This document shows, in pieces, positions 9,091 through 16,599 of a stretch of DNA of 32,000 bases. The notes under the pieces were generated by a model. That model had not been told where the DNA came from and made no database searches. It worked only from the letters and a program-made list of their open reading frames with translations. The position numbers and the translations under genes were made by a program. Source of the stretch: Candidatus Heimdallarchaeota archaeon (GTDB lineage Archaea; Asgardarchaeota; Heimdallarchaeia; Heimdallarchaeales; Kariarchaeaceae); the NCBI GenBank assembly GCA_030149205.1, contig JASBSB010000001.1:620712-652711 (forward strand). Reading direction: 5' to 3'. Position 1 is the stretch's first letter. Every line of letters starts with the position of its first letter.

Positions 9091-9213
9091 TGGGGACAGA
9101 GGGAATTTCATGAATTTACATTCATTTTGAACCCCCGACCTTCTGGTTTTACTGCTCAGGTATTTTAAACCTAATCTGGAGCCAGATGCGCTGCCGAGCT
9201 ACGCTACATCCCC
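9091..9213 (-). tRNA. tRNA-Trp (anticodon CCA) with two introns: about 28 nt in the anticodon loop and about 21 nt in the T-loop
   Basis: Manual fold of the reverse complement gives acceptor GGGGATG / TGTCCCC (4 GC, 1 AT, 2 GU) plus A73. The D arm is GCGT-AGCTCGGCA-GCGC. The anticodon stem is TCTGG...CCAGA, enclosing 35 nt that start CTCCAG, so the mature loop is CUCCAGA with anticodon CCA. The variable loop is AGGTC. The T stem is GGGGG / CCCTC, enclosing 28 nt that start TTCAAA. This insert contains a perfect hairpin ATGAAT-GTAA-ATTCAT. No CCA is encoded. The region is a GC-rich island in AT-rich spacer. Confidence 0.75.
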
Positions 9214-9234
9214 ACAGCCTTCTTGTAGAAAGCC

Positions 9235-9244
9235 AAATTTTAAT
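9235..9244 (-). promoter_or_regulatory. TATA box for the tRNA-Trp gene
   Basis: The minus strand reads ATTAAAATTT and ends 21 nt upstream of tRNA position 1 (9213). That places the box at about -22 to -31, the canonical archaeal spacing. Confidence 0.5.
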
Positions 9245-9290
9245 CAGAGTTTTAGCTTTTTAGCCTTTTGGTTATTACGAGAGAATTTAT

Positions 9291-9956
9291 TCAGTAAGCG
9301 AGTAATTCTTTCATCTTTTCAAGGTAAGGTGACGATAGTCTGAGTATTCTTGATATAATTTCATTGACAGCCGAATTAATATCATCTTTTTCAATGCAGT
9401 AATGAATAATTTTTAGCCTTAGTGCATCTTCTGCTGAAATTCCATCTGCTAACAGTATGAGTTCTTTTGCTCGACTCAGACCAATTAACTTCGGTAACCT
9501 TTGTGTCCCACCCCAAGCTGGCAATAGCCCAATACTTAGTTCAGTTAACCCCAGTTTTGCTGAGTTTACACAGATCCGTACATCACATGCAAGGGCAAGT
9601 TCTAACCCTCCACCAAACGCATGCCCATTCATAACAGCTACGACTGGTTTAGGGAAGTTTTGTATTTTCATCAATAATTTTTGGGCAGAGCGGGTGTAAG
9701 CAGATTTTTTCTCACCCTTTAGAGTTCTCACTTCTTTCAAGTCTGCTCCGGCACAAAATGTTGTACCAGTTCCGGTTATTATCAGGCATTTCAATTTTTG
9801 GTTTTTCCAAAACTGTTCAATTAGAAAATTAAATTCTTTTATCACATCACTGGAAATTGCGTTTCTGGCTCTTTCCCTGGAAATTGTTATTGTGACAACC
9901 AAATCTTTTCCTATTGCTTCTTCCTTTACGGTGAGATTGTTAAGGATCAATATCAC
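9291..9956 (-). CDS. Enoyl-CoA hydratase/isomerase (crotonase) family protein
   Basis: The 221 aa product has ISRERARNAIS, ITGTGTTFCAGADLKE and AVMNGHAFGGGLELALACDVRI. These are the oxyanion-hole motifs of the crotonase fold. It is somewhat short at the C-terminus. Confidence 0.8.
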   Translation of the reverse strand: MILILNNLTVKEEAIGKDLVVTITISRERARNAISSDVIKEFNFLIEQFWKNQKLKCLIITGTGTTFCAGADLKEVRTLKGEKKSAYTRSAQKLLMKIQNFPKPVVAVMNGHAFGGGLELALACDVRICVNSAKLGLTELSIGLLPAWGGTQRLPKLIGLSRAKELILLADGISAEDALRLKIIHYCIEKDDINSAVNEIISRILRLSSPYLEKMKELLAY

Positions 9957-10034
9957 CCTCTGAATTGATAAGTTAATATCTCTTCATACTGTTAAATAAT
10001 GGATTGTAAATTGTATTTTCTGTTAATATCCTAC

Positions 10035-10625
10035 TTATAAACTATCTTTTCTTTGAAATTCTGCTTCAAGCCTTAATCGTATCAAGCCAATAACCTGACT
10101 TGCTAATAGTGATTCTTCGTGGATCGATATTGGAACACACCCTAATTCCTCCAAATTCAATCTGTCTTCTGGGGTTATGTCATTCTTTGACCCTAACACA
10201 ATACCCAAGTCGTTATCTTTAAGGAGTTCTGCAATGTTCTCCTGCGTTAATTTGAAACCCGTTTCTTGTAGATCCATCCAGATCATATTTGGGTTGTTTT
10301 TCTTTAAATTGCCAGCAAGGTTAATCAGAGATTCTTCATGCCAAAGTGTTTCCCAATTTTCTTTGACCTTCCGAGCTAGTGAAACTTCAAATTCTTGATC
10401 AAAATTGAAGCTGTCTCGAGTCAAGTGAAGGTAACCTTTTGGTTCCCCACCCTTTAGAAAAGAATAAAAATCGACCTCAACGAAATCGTTTTTGGAAATA
10501 GTCCTTAATGCATTTAACATGCATCTGAATATAATATCAATTCTTCCATGACCAGGAAGGTTATTGAGCTTGTATGAATTGTTTGGGATTGCTTTTTGAT
10601 GTATGAGTAGAACAATGAGTTTCAT
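10035..10625 (-). CDS. trmY: SPOUT-class tRNA (pseudouridine54-N1)-methyltransferase-like protein (TrmY/COG1901-like)
   Basis: I prefer ATG 10625 (MKLIVLLIHQ...), which removes the overlap with the upstream gene. LNNLPGHGRIDIIFRCMLNAL...DFVEVDFYSFLKGGEPKG...LGIVLGSKNDITPEDRLNLEELGCVPISI parallels M. jannaschii TrmY as I recall it (DLPG..GRLDLLCRC...VVFY..L.G). Confidence 0.6.
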   Translation of the reverse strand: MKLIVLLIHQKAIPNNSYKLNNLPGHGRIDIIFRCMLNALRTISKNDFVEVDFYSFLKGGEPKGYLHLTRDSFNFDQEFEVSLARKVKENWETLWHEESLINLAGNLKKNNPNMIWMDLQETGFKLTQENIAELLKDNDLGIVLGSKNDITPEDRLNLEELGCVPISIHEESLLASQVIGLIRLRLEAEFQRKDSL

Positions 10626-10641
10626 ATTTTTGTGATATTCT

Positions 10642-11898
10642 TTAGAGAACACCAATATTATCAGAAATTGTACCACGAATTACCTGATTTGGGCCTATAG
10701 TTACATTTTGATTGACCAATGTGCCTGGCAATGAAGTAACATTAGGCCAGATAACACTGTGAGTTCCAAAAACCGCCCCAAATTTTATAGTGGGTATCTG
10801 TTCCTTTTTCCCGTCAACTAATGCAAATATGTGGTCTTGACCCTTGATTTTATTTACTGTGACACAACCAGCCTGAACAACTGCCTTTTTTCCAACAATT
10901 GAGTCACCTACAAAACATTGGCGAGAGACAGTAGATCCTTCCATCACCAAAGAACCTTTGACTTCAACGCCCATTCCTATTACTGAGTTTTTTTCAATGA
11001 TAGTATCTTTTCGAACCAGACTGTTATTTCCTATAAAGGTGTTTTCTCCAATGTAAACTGGACCTCGAATAACAGATCCATGAAGAATTGTTACTCCCTT
11101 TTCTATAATAACAGGCCCTATGATTTGTGTACCACCCTCAATATTGGTTTCAGGGTGTATTATTGATACCTGTTTTGTCCCTAAAATCATCTTGTTAGCT
11201 CGTAACAGGTTCCAAGGTCTTCCTACGTCAACCCAGGGTTCATTCCAGACCCCACAAGCAATTTTACCATCATTTTCAATGAAATGGTTCAACGATTGAT
11301 TAAAGGGAACATTAGGTTTTAGATAATTGAATATATCTGCAGTTAGAACGAAAACACCGGAGACTATGTAGTTCCCCTCATCTCTTTCTCCTTCAGGATA
11401 GATTTTTTCTACAAGCCCCTGTGGTGAGACACCGACAACACCAAACTGAGATACTTTCTTTTCCAATACCACAGATAGAGCCATATCTGCACCTAAGTTG
11501 TCCAATGCGTTTAAGGTTCTTGTCAATATTTTTGAATCGGTTATTGTATCAACATGAAGCATCACAAACTGTTCTGATCCATCATTGAATATCTCCTTAA
11601 CTGAGAGCACAGCACCATCGATGCCTGGAACCTTGGGGTTTTGCACTATATAGTTGATATGGATACCCAGGTCTGTCCCATTTCCATAGAGTTCTTTGAT
11701 AGAGTTATCACCCTTGTTTACAACAACATAGATGTCACGAATTTCGTGATCCCGAAGCATCCTAAATTGATATTCAATCAAGGGGATCCCCAGCACCTCC
11801 AATAATGCAACAGGTTTATTATTAGTTAATAGCTCCAAACTTTTTGAGCTCCCTGCGGCTAGGATTATACCTTTCACTTTTGAAGAGTTCCCTCTCAC
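10642..11898 (-). CDS. Bifunctional sugar-1-phosphate nucleotidylyltransferase / left-handed beta-helix acetyltransferase (archaeal GlmU-like)
   Basis: The N-terminus has the NTP-transferase motif GIILAAGSSKSLELLTNNKPVALLEVLG. The C-terminal third consists of hexapeptide repeats (IGPVIIEKGVTILHGSVIRGPVYIGENTFIGNNSLV...). The gene is divergent from glmS, which fits UDP-GlcNAc synthesis. Confidence 0.8.
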   Translation of the reverse strand: MRGNSSKVKGIILAAGSSKSLELLTNNKPVALLEVLGIPLIEYQFRMLRDHEIRDIYVVVNKGDNSIKELYGNGTDLGIHINYIVQNPKVPGIDGAVLSVKEIFNDGSEQFVMLHVDTITDSKILTRTLNALDNLGADMALSVVLEKKVSQFGVVGVSPQGLVEKIYPEGERDEGNYIVSGVFVLTADIFNYLKPNVPFNQSLNHFIENDGKIACGVWNEPWVDVGRPWNLLRANKMILGTKQVSIIHPETNIEGGTQIIGPVIIEKGVTILHGSVIRGPVYIGENTFIGNNSLVRKDTIIEKNSVIGMGVEVKGSLVMEGSTVSRQCFVGDSIVGKKAVVQAGCVTVNKIKGQDHIFALVDGKKEQIPTIKFGAVFGTHSVIWPNVTSLPGTLVNQNVTIGPNQVIRGTISDNIGVL

Positions 11899-12027
11899 TT
11901 ATTTATAATCATCGAAATATCTCAATATGATTTGAGGAGCAACTGAAAATGAATCGCATTTTTCTTTATATAATAGAACCTTTAAATAATTGTTGACGCA
12001 AGCCATTATATAGGATTTGAGGACAAA

Positions 12028-13854
12028 GTGTGTGGAATAATAGGTGTAACCCAAACCATCGATAATTCCACTGGGAAGATAGTTTTCGATGCCTTGACAA
12101 GATTAGAGTACCGGGGGTATGACTCTGTCGGAGTGGCGATTATCAATCCAACTGGTGAATTACAGATCGAAAAAGACAAAGGACCCATACTTGAAGTGGG
12201 AAAGAAGCTGGAATTTGAGAAGCTTAAGGGAAGAACAGCAATTGGGCACTCAAGATGGGCAACACATGGCCCACCGAACAAGATTAATGCACATCCACAT
12301 ATCTCACAGAATCGAAGGGTTGCAGTTGTACACAACGGAATCATTGAAAATTTCTTGGAACTGAAAAAGGATCTAATATCATTGGGATATGCGTTCAAAT
12401 CAGATACTGACACAGAGGTAATCCCCCAACTTATTGAATACTACTTAGATCAGGGAAAAAGCATTGTAGAAGCAATACGTACTTTTACCGACACAATTAA
12501 GGGAACCTTTGCAATTGTTTTAGTCACAGTAGATGAGCCAGAGAAAATTTACGCCTTCAGAAGAGATAACCCCTTAGTTTTGGGTATTGGTAAAAACGAA
12601 AATTATTGTGCTAGTGACATTCCTGCATTCTTACCTTACACAAATCAGGTTCTAATTTTGAAGGACAACGAACTGGCTATTCTTGAACCGAAAAATTATA
12701 AAATTCTTAACTTGACAACTGGGTCAGAGATCAAGAGAACCCCTAAAACAATTACCTGGACAGCAGAGGCAGCTCAAAAGGCAGGATATCCACATTTTAT
12801 GCTCAAGGAGATTCATCAACAACCACAGGTGCTTAAGACTCAACTCTCAACTCAAATGGAAGTTGTTGAGGAGATTGCAGATGTGGTACTAGCTGCTGAC
12901 AAGGTGTTTTCAGTAGCAGCTGGAACAGCTTATTACGCATCTCTGACTTTGTTTCATACAATTCCATCTCTGACAAAAAAAGTTGTTATCCCAGTGATTT
13001 CTGCAGAATGGGATACAGTCTCATCTTTAGTAGACGATAAATCAGTGGTTTTTGCTGTGTCTCAGAGTGGTGAGACATTAGACACCATCAAAGGAATTAA
13101 AGATGCCAAATCAAAAGGTGCAAAGATCATTTCAGTTGTTAATGTGATTGATTCATCCTTGACACGGTATGGAGACCATGTACTTTACATACATACAGGG
13201 CCTGAAATTGGAGTTGCAGCAACTAAAACCTACACAGGATTAGCATTGGCTTTGTGGAGAATCGCATATGCGGTTGCAGAAAAAAGAGAAGATATTGACT
13301 CTACATACCTCTCAAAGTTCGATAAATCATTGCATGCTCTACCAGAGGCAATTGAACATGTTATTCGAAAATATGAGGTGAAAGCCAAAGAAATAAGCAA
13401 ATGGATGACACAAAAACAATCTGCGTTTTATCTGGGAAGAGGGGTGTCATTTGCGACAGCATGTGAGGGGGCACTAAAGATGAAGGAGATTGCATATGTT
13501 CATGCAGAGGCTTATCCTGCTGGAGAATCTAAGCATGGTCCCATTGCATTAATTGAAAAAGACTTTCCAGTGATTTTTACAATTCCAAATGATAAGAACA
13601 GGAAGAAGATGATGGGATCTGTTCAGGAGATGAAGGCAAGAGGAGCAAGAACAATTGGTGTTATTGAAGAGGGTGATGAAGAGTTTCAAGGAGTGTTAGA
13701 TGAGTATTTCGAGATTCCCAAAGGCTTTAGTCAATTCCTTTCCTCTATTCTATATCAAATCCCTCAACAATTACTCGCATATTACACTTCGACACTCAAG
13801 GGGTTTGACCCAGACAAGCCAAGAAATCTTTCAAAGTCTGTGACGGTTGAGTAG
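12028..13854 (+). CDS. glmS: Glutamine--fructose-6-phosphate aminotransferase (isomerising)
   Basis: A GTG start gives MCGIIG, with the N-terminal nucleophile Cys. RLEYRGYDSVGVA and HSRWATHG are present. Two SIS domains follow (SQSGETLDT, GRGVSFATACEGALKMKEIAYVHAEAY). The C-terminus is KPRNLSKSVTVE. Confidence 0.95.
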   Translation: MCGIIGVTQTIDNSTGKIVFDALTRLEYRGYDSVGVAIINPTGELQIEKDKGPILEVGKKLEFEKLKGRTAIGHSRWATHGPPNKINAHPHISQNRRVAVVHNGIIENFLELKKDLISLGYAFKSDTDTEVIPQLIEYYLDQGKSIVEAIRTFTDTIKGTFAIVLVTVDEPEKIYAFRRDNPLVLGIGKNENYCASDIPAFLPYTNQVLILKDNELAILEPKNYKILNLTTGSEIKRTPKTITWTAEAAQKAGYPHFMLKEIHQQPQVLKTQLSTQMEVVEEIADVVLAADKVFSVAAGTAYYASLTLFHTIPSLTKKVVIPVISAEWDTVSSLVDDKSVVFAVSQSGETLDTIKGIKDAKSKGAKIISVVNVIDSSLTRYGDHVLYIHTGPEIGVAATKTYTGLALALWRIAYAVAEKREDIDSTYLSKFDKSLHALPEAIEHVIRKYEVKAKEISKWMTQKQSAFYLGRGVSFATACEGALKMKEIAYVHAEAYPAGESKHGPIALIEKDFPVIFTIPNDKNRKKMMGSVQEMKARGARTIGVIEEGDEEFQGVLDEYFEIPKGFSQFLSSILYQIPQQLLAYYTSTLKGFDPDKPRNLSKSVTVE

Positions 13855-14185
13855 GTTGAAGCTTAAAGACATCACCCCTAATTCTACATTTGATGAGCTA
13901 ATTGTTCGTGTAATCTCAAAAAATGGTCCAAGACTGGTTGGTCGAACAAAGAAAAAATATCTCACAGAAATTTTGATTCTCGATGATACCAAATCCAGTG
14001 TTCTGACACTTTGGGGAAAGAAATATCTAGATCAAATAAAATTGGGAAAGATAATTATTATCAAAAATGGATGGGTTAAATCATCCTATGAATCTTTACA
14101 GGTTTCTTTGGGTCGAGAAGGAACAATTGAATTTACTGATAATGAGCATCCTGAAATACCAAAATCAATTCCATTGGATTATTAA
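13847..14185 (+). CDS. ssb: Single-OB-fold ssDNA-binding protein (crenarchaeal SSB-like)
   Basis: The TTG start overlaps the glmS stop by 8 nt. LKDITPNSTFDELIVRVIS...TEILILDDTKSSVLTLWGKKYLDQIKLGKIIIIKNGWVKSSYESLQVSLG parallels Sulfolobus SSB as I recall it (LKPN..V.V.VRVL...GDETG.V.LTLWGK...G.VV.I.NAW...G.VQL). Confidence 0.65.
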   Translation: MSRLKLKDITPNSTFDELIVRVISKNGPRLVGRTKKKYLTEILILDDTKSSVLTLWGKKYLDQIKLGKIIIIKNGWVKSSYESLQVSLGREGTIEFTDNEHPEIPKSIPLDY

Positions 14186-14193
14186 CATTAAGG

Positions 14194-14439
14194 TTATGAT
14201 TTTTTAAGTTCATCAAGAAGTTTACTGCGAAGTCCAGCAATAGACGTTGATCTTACACGTTTTAAGCTGCCATCCTCGTTCTTTTCAACAATTTTTTCTT
14301 TTGTGTTTTTCTCTAACTTAGCTATTTTTGCATTGTACTCTGCGAGCTCCTTCATATAGGTCTCTTCAGAAATTTCTCCTCGCCTGCAGGCTTCGTACCT
14401 ACTATTTATCCATTCAAATAACTGTTCAGACTCACTCAT
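14194..14439 (-). CDS. Small helical protein (81 aa) with a SHOCT-like N-terminal hairpin and a conserved C-terminal amphipathic motif
   Basis: The ORF starts at ATG. A TATA-like TTTATAAATA (minus strand, about 14459-14468) lies about 20 nt upstream, which suggests a leaderless mRNA. RRGEISEETYMKELAEYNAKIAKL resembles SHOCT. The C-terminal STSIAGLRSKLLDELKK is shared with the protein at 23236..24300. Confidence 0.55.
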   Translation of the reverse strand: MSESEQLFEWINSRYEACRRGEISEETYMKELAEYNAKIAKLEKNTKEKIVEKNEDGSLKRVRSTSIAGLRSKLLDELKKS

Positions 14440-14615
14440 AGTGATAATGTTATTTCTTTATTTATAAATCTTTAGAGAAATTCTTAAGTCATTTTAGACT
14501 CACCAAGGTATAGATTAATCCATTAAAACCTCGTCCCTGAAGATGAGTAATTTTATTGACCTGTTTTCTATAAAAATTGTTTTAATAACTGAAGAGAAGA
14601 AAACATGTATAAATT

Positions 14616-15119
14616 ATGAGTTCTGATATAGTCACTGTAGATTTACTTATTGTTGGTGGTGAGGCAAAACCTTCTGGGAGTATTGCTCCAGCTCTTGGCC
14701 CAACTGGTGTAAACCTAGGGCAAGTAGTTGGGGAAATCAATAAACAGACCAGTGGATATAAGGGGATGAAGGTTCCTGTCAAAGTAATTGTCAACAAAAA
14801 GACAAGAACATTTGAGTTAGAGATCGGTATTCCACCTGCAAGTGCATTAGTCAAAAAAGAACTGGGAGTCTCCTCAGGAAGCGCTATGCCTCAAAATAGA
14901 GATGCAGGTAACTTGACCTATGAACAGGTATTAAACGTCACCAAATCTAAAAGACCCAATCTTCTAGGAGCTACCTGGAAAACAGCCTCATTAGAAATTT
15001 TAGGTACTATGCAATCACTTGGTGCAACTTGTGAGGGTCTCGATCCTCGTGAAATGCAGAAGAAAGTCAAAAATGGTGAGTTTGACGATCGTATAGCAGC
15101 TTGGGAAAAATCAAATTAG
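14616..15119 (+). CDS. rpl11: Ribosomal protein uL11 (L11)
   Basis: VGGEAKPSGSIAPALGPTGVNLGQVVGEINKQTSGYKGMKVPVKVIVNKKTRTFELEIGIPPASALVKKELG is collinear with archaeal L11. Confidence 0.9.
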   Translation: MSSDIVTVDLLIVGGEAKPSGSIAPALGPTGVNLGQVVGEINKQTSGYKGMKVPVKVIVNKKTRTFELEIGIPPASALVKKELGVSSGSAMPQNRDAGNLTYEQVLNVTKSKRPNLLGATWKTASLEILGTMQSLGATCEGLDPREMQKKVKNGEFDDRIAAWEKSN

Positions 15120-15141
15120 TCATACGTAACTGGAAGTACAA

Positions 15142-16566
15142 ATGACACTAACTCTAGAACAATTTTTTGACAGACACACCATGTCTGTTCATCTTCGTGA
15201 AAATCTACCTCCAATGGCTAAACGTGGAAGACCTGGAGAGTGGAACTTGGTACCAATTGGAGAGAAAGCCTTTACATTCAAAGAATTAGCTGAAATCGCT
15301 GATGAAATTTTAGATTATGTGGAAACTCATGATGATGCGGTTATAGAGGATGATTGGGAGCAGGCAAGGGTTATACAGCTAAGAGATTTAAGGATTGTAA
15401 TCACAACATATCCGTTCAGCAACGCGTTAGAGATCACCGCTGTCAAACCTACAATGCAAAAGTCTCTCGAAAGTTATAGTTTAGATCCCAAGTTATTTGA
15501 CAGACTAGCGAAGAAAGCTGAGGGAATATTAATTTCAGGGTCCCCTGGTGCTGGTAAATCAACTTTTGCAGCTGCTGTTGCTGATTTTTATGCCAGTCAA
15601 GGCAAAATTGTTAAGACTATAGAGAAACCAAGAGACCTAAGTGTGGATGAAAGGATCACACAATATCAGATGCTTGAGGATGACCCTGAGAAAACTGGAG
15701 ACATTTTACTCTTGATGAGACCTGATTATGTTATTTATGATGAGGTAAGAAAGTCCAGAGATTTTGAGGTTTACAGTGATTTGAGATTATCGGGGATTGG
15801 TCTTGTGGGGGTGGTTCATGCCACAAATCCAATGGATGCTATTCAAAGATTTGTATCCAGAATAGATATTGGATTAATTCCTTCAATTATTGACACAGTA
15901 ATTTTCATTGAAAGAGGTGAGATATCAGATGTATACTCACTGCAGATGACTGTTAAGGTCCCTACGGGGATGGTTTCCGGTGATTTGGCAAGACCTGTAA
16001 TTGTGATTTCTGATTTCCTAAAAAATAAACCAAGATATGAAATGTTCAGTTTTGGTGAACAAGTCGTTCTCATTCCAATAGGTGCTGCGAAGGGATCCCG
16101 TAAAAGTAGCAAGAAGCTACCTTTAAGCGAAATTAAAGAAGAGCTAGCATATATTATCGAACACAACAATTTTGAAGTGGAACAGATCGGAAACTCATCA
16201 ATTAGAATATACCTCCCAAGAAATCAAATCTCTAGCTTTATTGGAAAGAATGGTTCTAATATTAGAGAAATTGAGCGAATGTTGAGTGTTTCTATTGATG
16301 TTGAGCCTAGAACGTATGTAAATGATGCGAGCTTACCTCAGAGTAAACAAGTCAAAATTATAGAGGAAAAGAAAAATCTGATAATTCTAGTAGGCTCCGA
16401 TTTTGCAGGTAAGAATGTAGATCTCATGATTGGACCTCAGACAGTTTTTAGTGGGACTGTAAATTTCTCTGGTGAAATTAGATTGTCAAAAAAGAAGACA
16501 ACAGCAAAGAGACTTGTCAAATTTGTTGAGAATGCTGACAGCCCCCTTACAGTTATTGAACGTTAA
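15142..16566 (+). CDS. PilT/VirB11-like ATPase with C-terminal KH domain (COG1855-like), apparently lacking the N-terminal PIN domain
   Basis: Walker A is ILISGSPGAGKSTFAAAV. Walker B-like is PDYVIYDEVR. VGVVHATNPMDAIQRF is present. The KH motif is FIGKNGSNIREIERMLSVSIDV. The gene starts 22 nt after rpl11. Confidence 0.8.
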   Translation: MTLTLEQFFDRHTMSVHLRENLPPMAKRGRPGEWNLVPIGEKAFTFKELAEIADEILDYVETHDDAVIEDDWEQARVIQLRDLRIVITTYPFSNALEITAVKPTMQKSLESYSLDPKLFDRLAKKAEGILISGSPGAGKSTFAAAVADFYASQGKIVKTIEKPRDLSVDERITQYQMLEDDPEKTGDILLLMRPDYVIYDEVRKSRDFEVYSDLRLSGIGLVGVVHATNPMDAIQRFVSRIDIGLIPSIIDTVIFIERGEISDVYSLQMTVKVPTGMVSGDLARPVIVISDFLKNKPRYEMFSFGEQVVLIPIGAAKGSRKSSKKLPLSEIKEELAYIIEHNNFEVEQIGNSSIRIYLPRNQISSFIGKNGSNIREIERMLSVSIDVEPRTYVNDASLPQSKQVKIIEEKKNLIILVGSDFAGKNVDLMIGPQTVFSGTVNFSGEIRLSKKKTTAKRLVKFVENADSPLTVIER

Positions 16567-16599
16567 AATTTCACAACCCTATCTCAAGGTCAAATGGAC

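Noticed and set aside
11929-12023. Duplicated GATTTGAGGA element (11929-11938 and 12014-12023) with a 15-codon uORF (11949..11996) upstream of glmS
   Set aside because: The second copy is simply the glmS Shine-Dalgarno. The likely glmS TATA box (TTTATATAA, about 11965-11973) lies inside the putative uORF, so the uORF would not be on the glmS transcript. No glmS-ribozyme-like conserved core is visible, and that element is bacterial anyway.
12006-12413. 135 aa minus-strand ORF and 81 aa plus-strand alternative-frame ORF inside glmS
   Set aside because: glmS is unambiguous across this region, so the overlapping ORFs are chance frames. The same reasoning applies to the short internal or antisense ORFs listed in the track inside udp, the PLD gene, the zinc-finger gene, crotonase, TrmY, L11, the KH-ATPase, the EutA-like gene, PoK, the V4R gene and the hydrolase gene.
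14537-14593. CTGA-AGATGAG ... CTGA arrangement upstream of rpl11
   Set aside because: The C box is imperfect (AGAUGAG), internal boxes are missing and the spacing does not fit a k-turn sRNA. The region is better explained as the rpl11 promoter (TATAAAAA at about 14569-14576).
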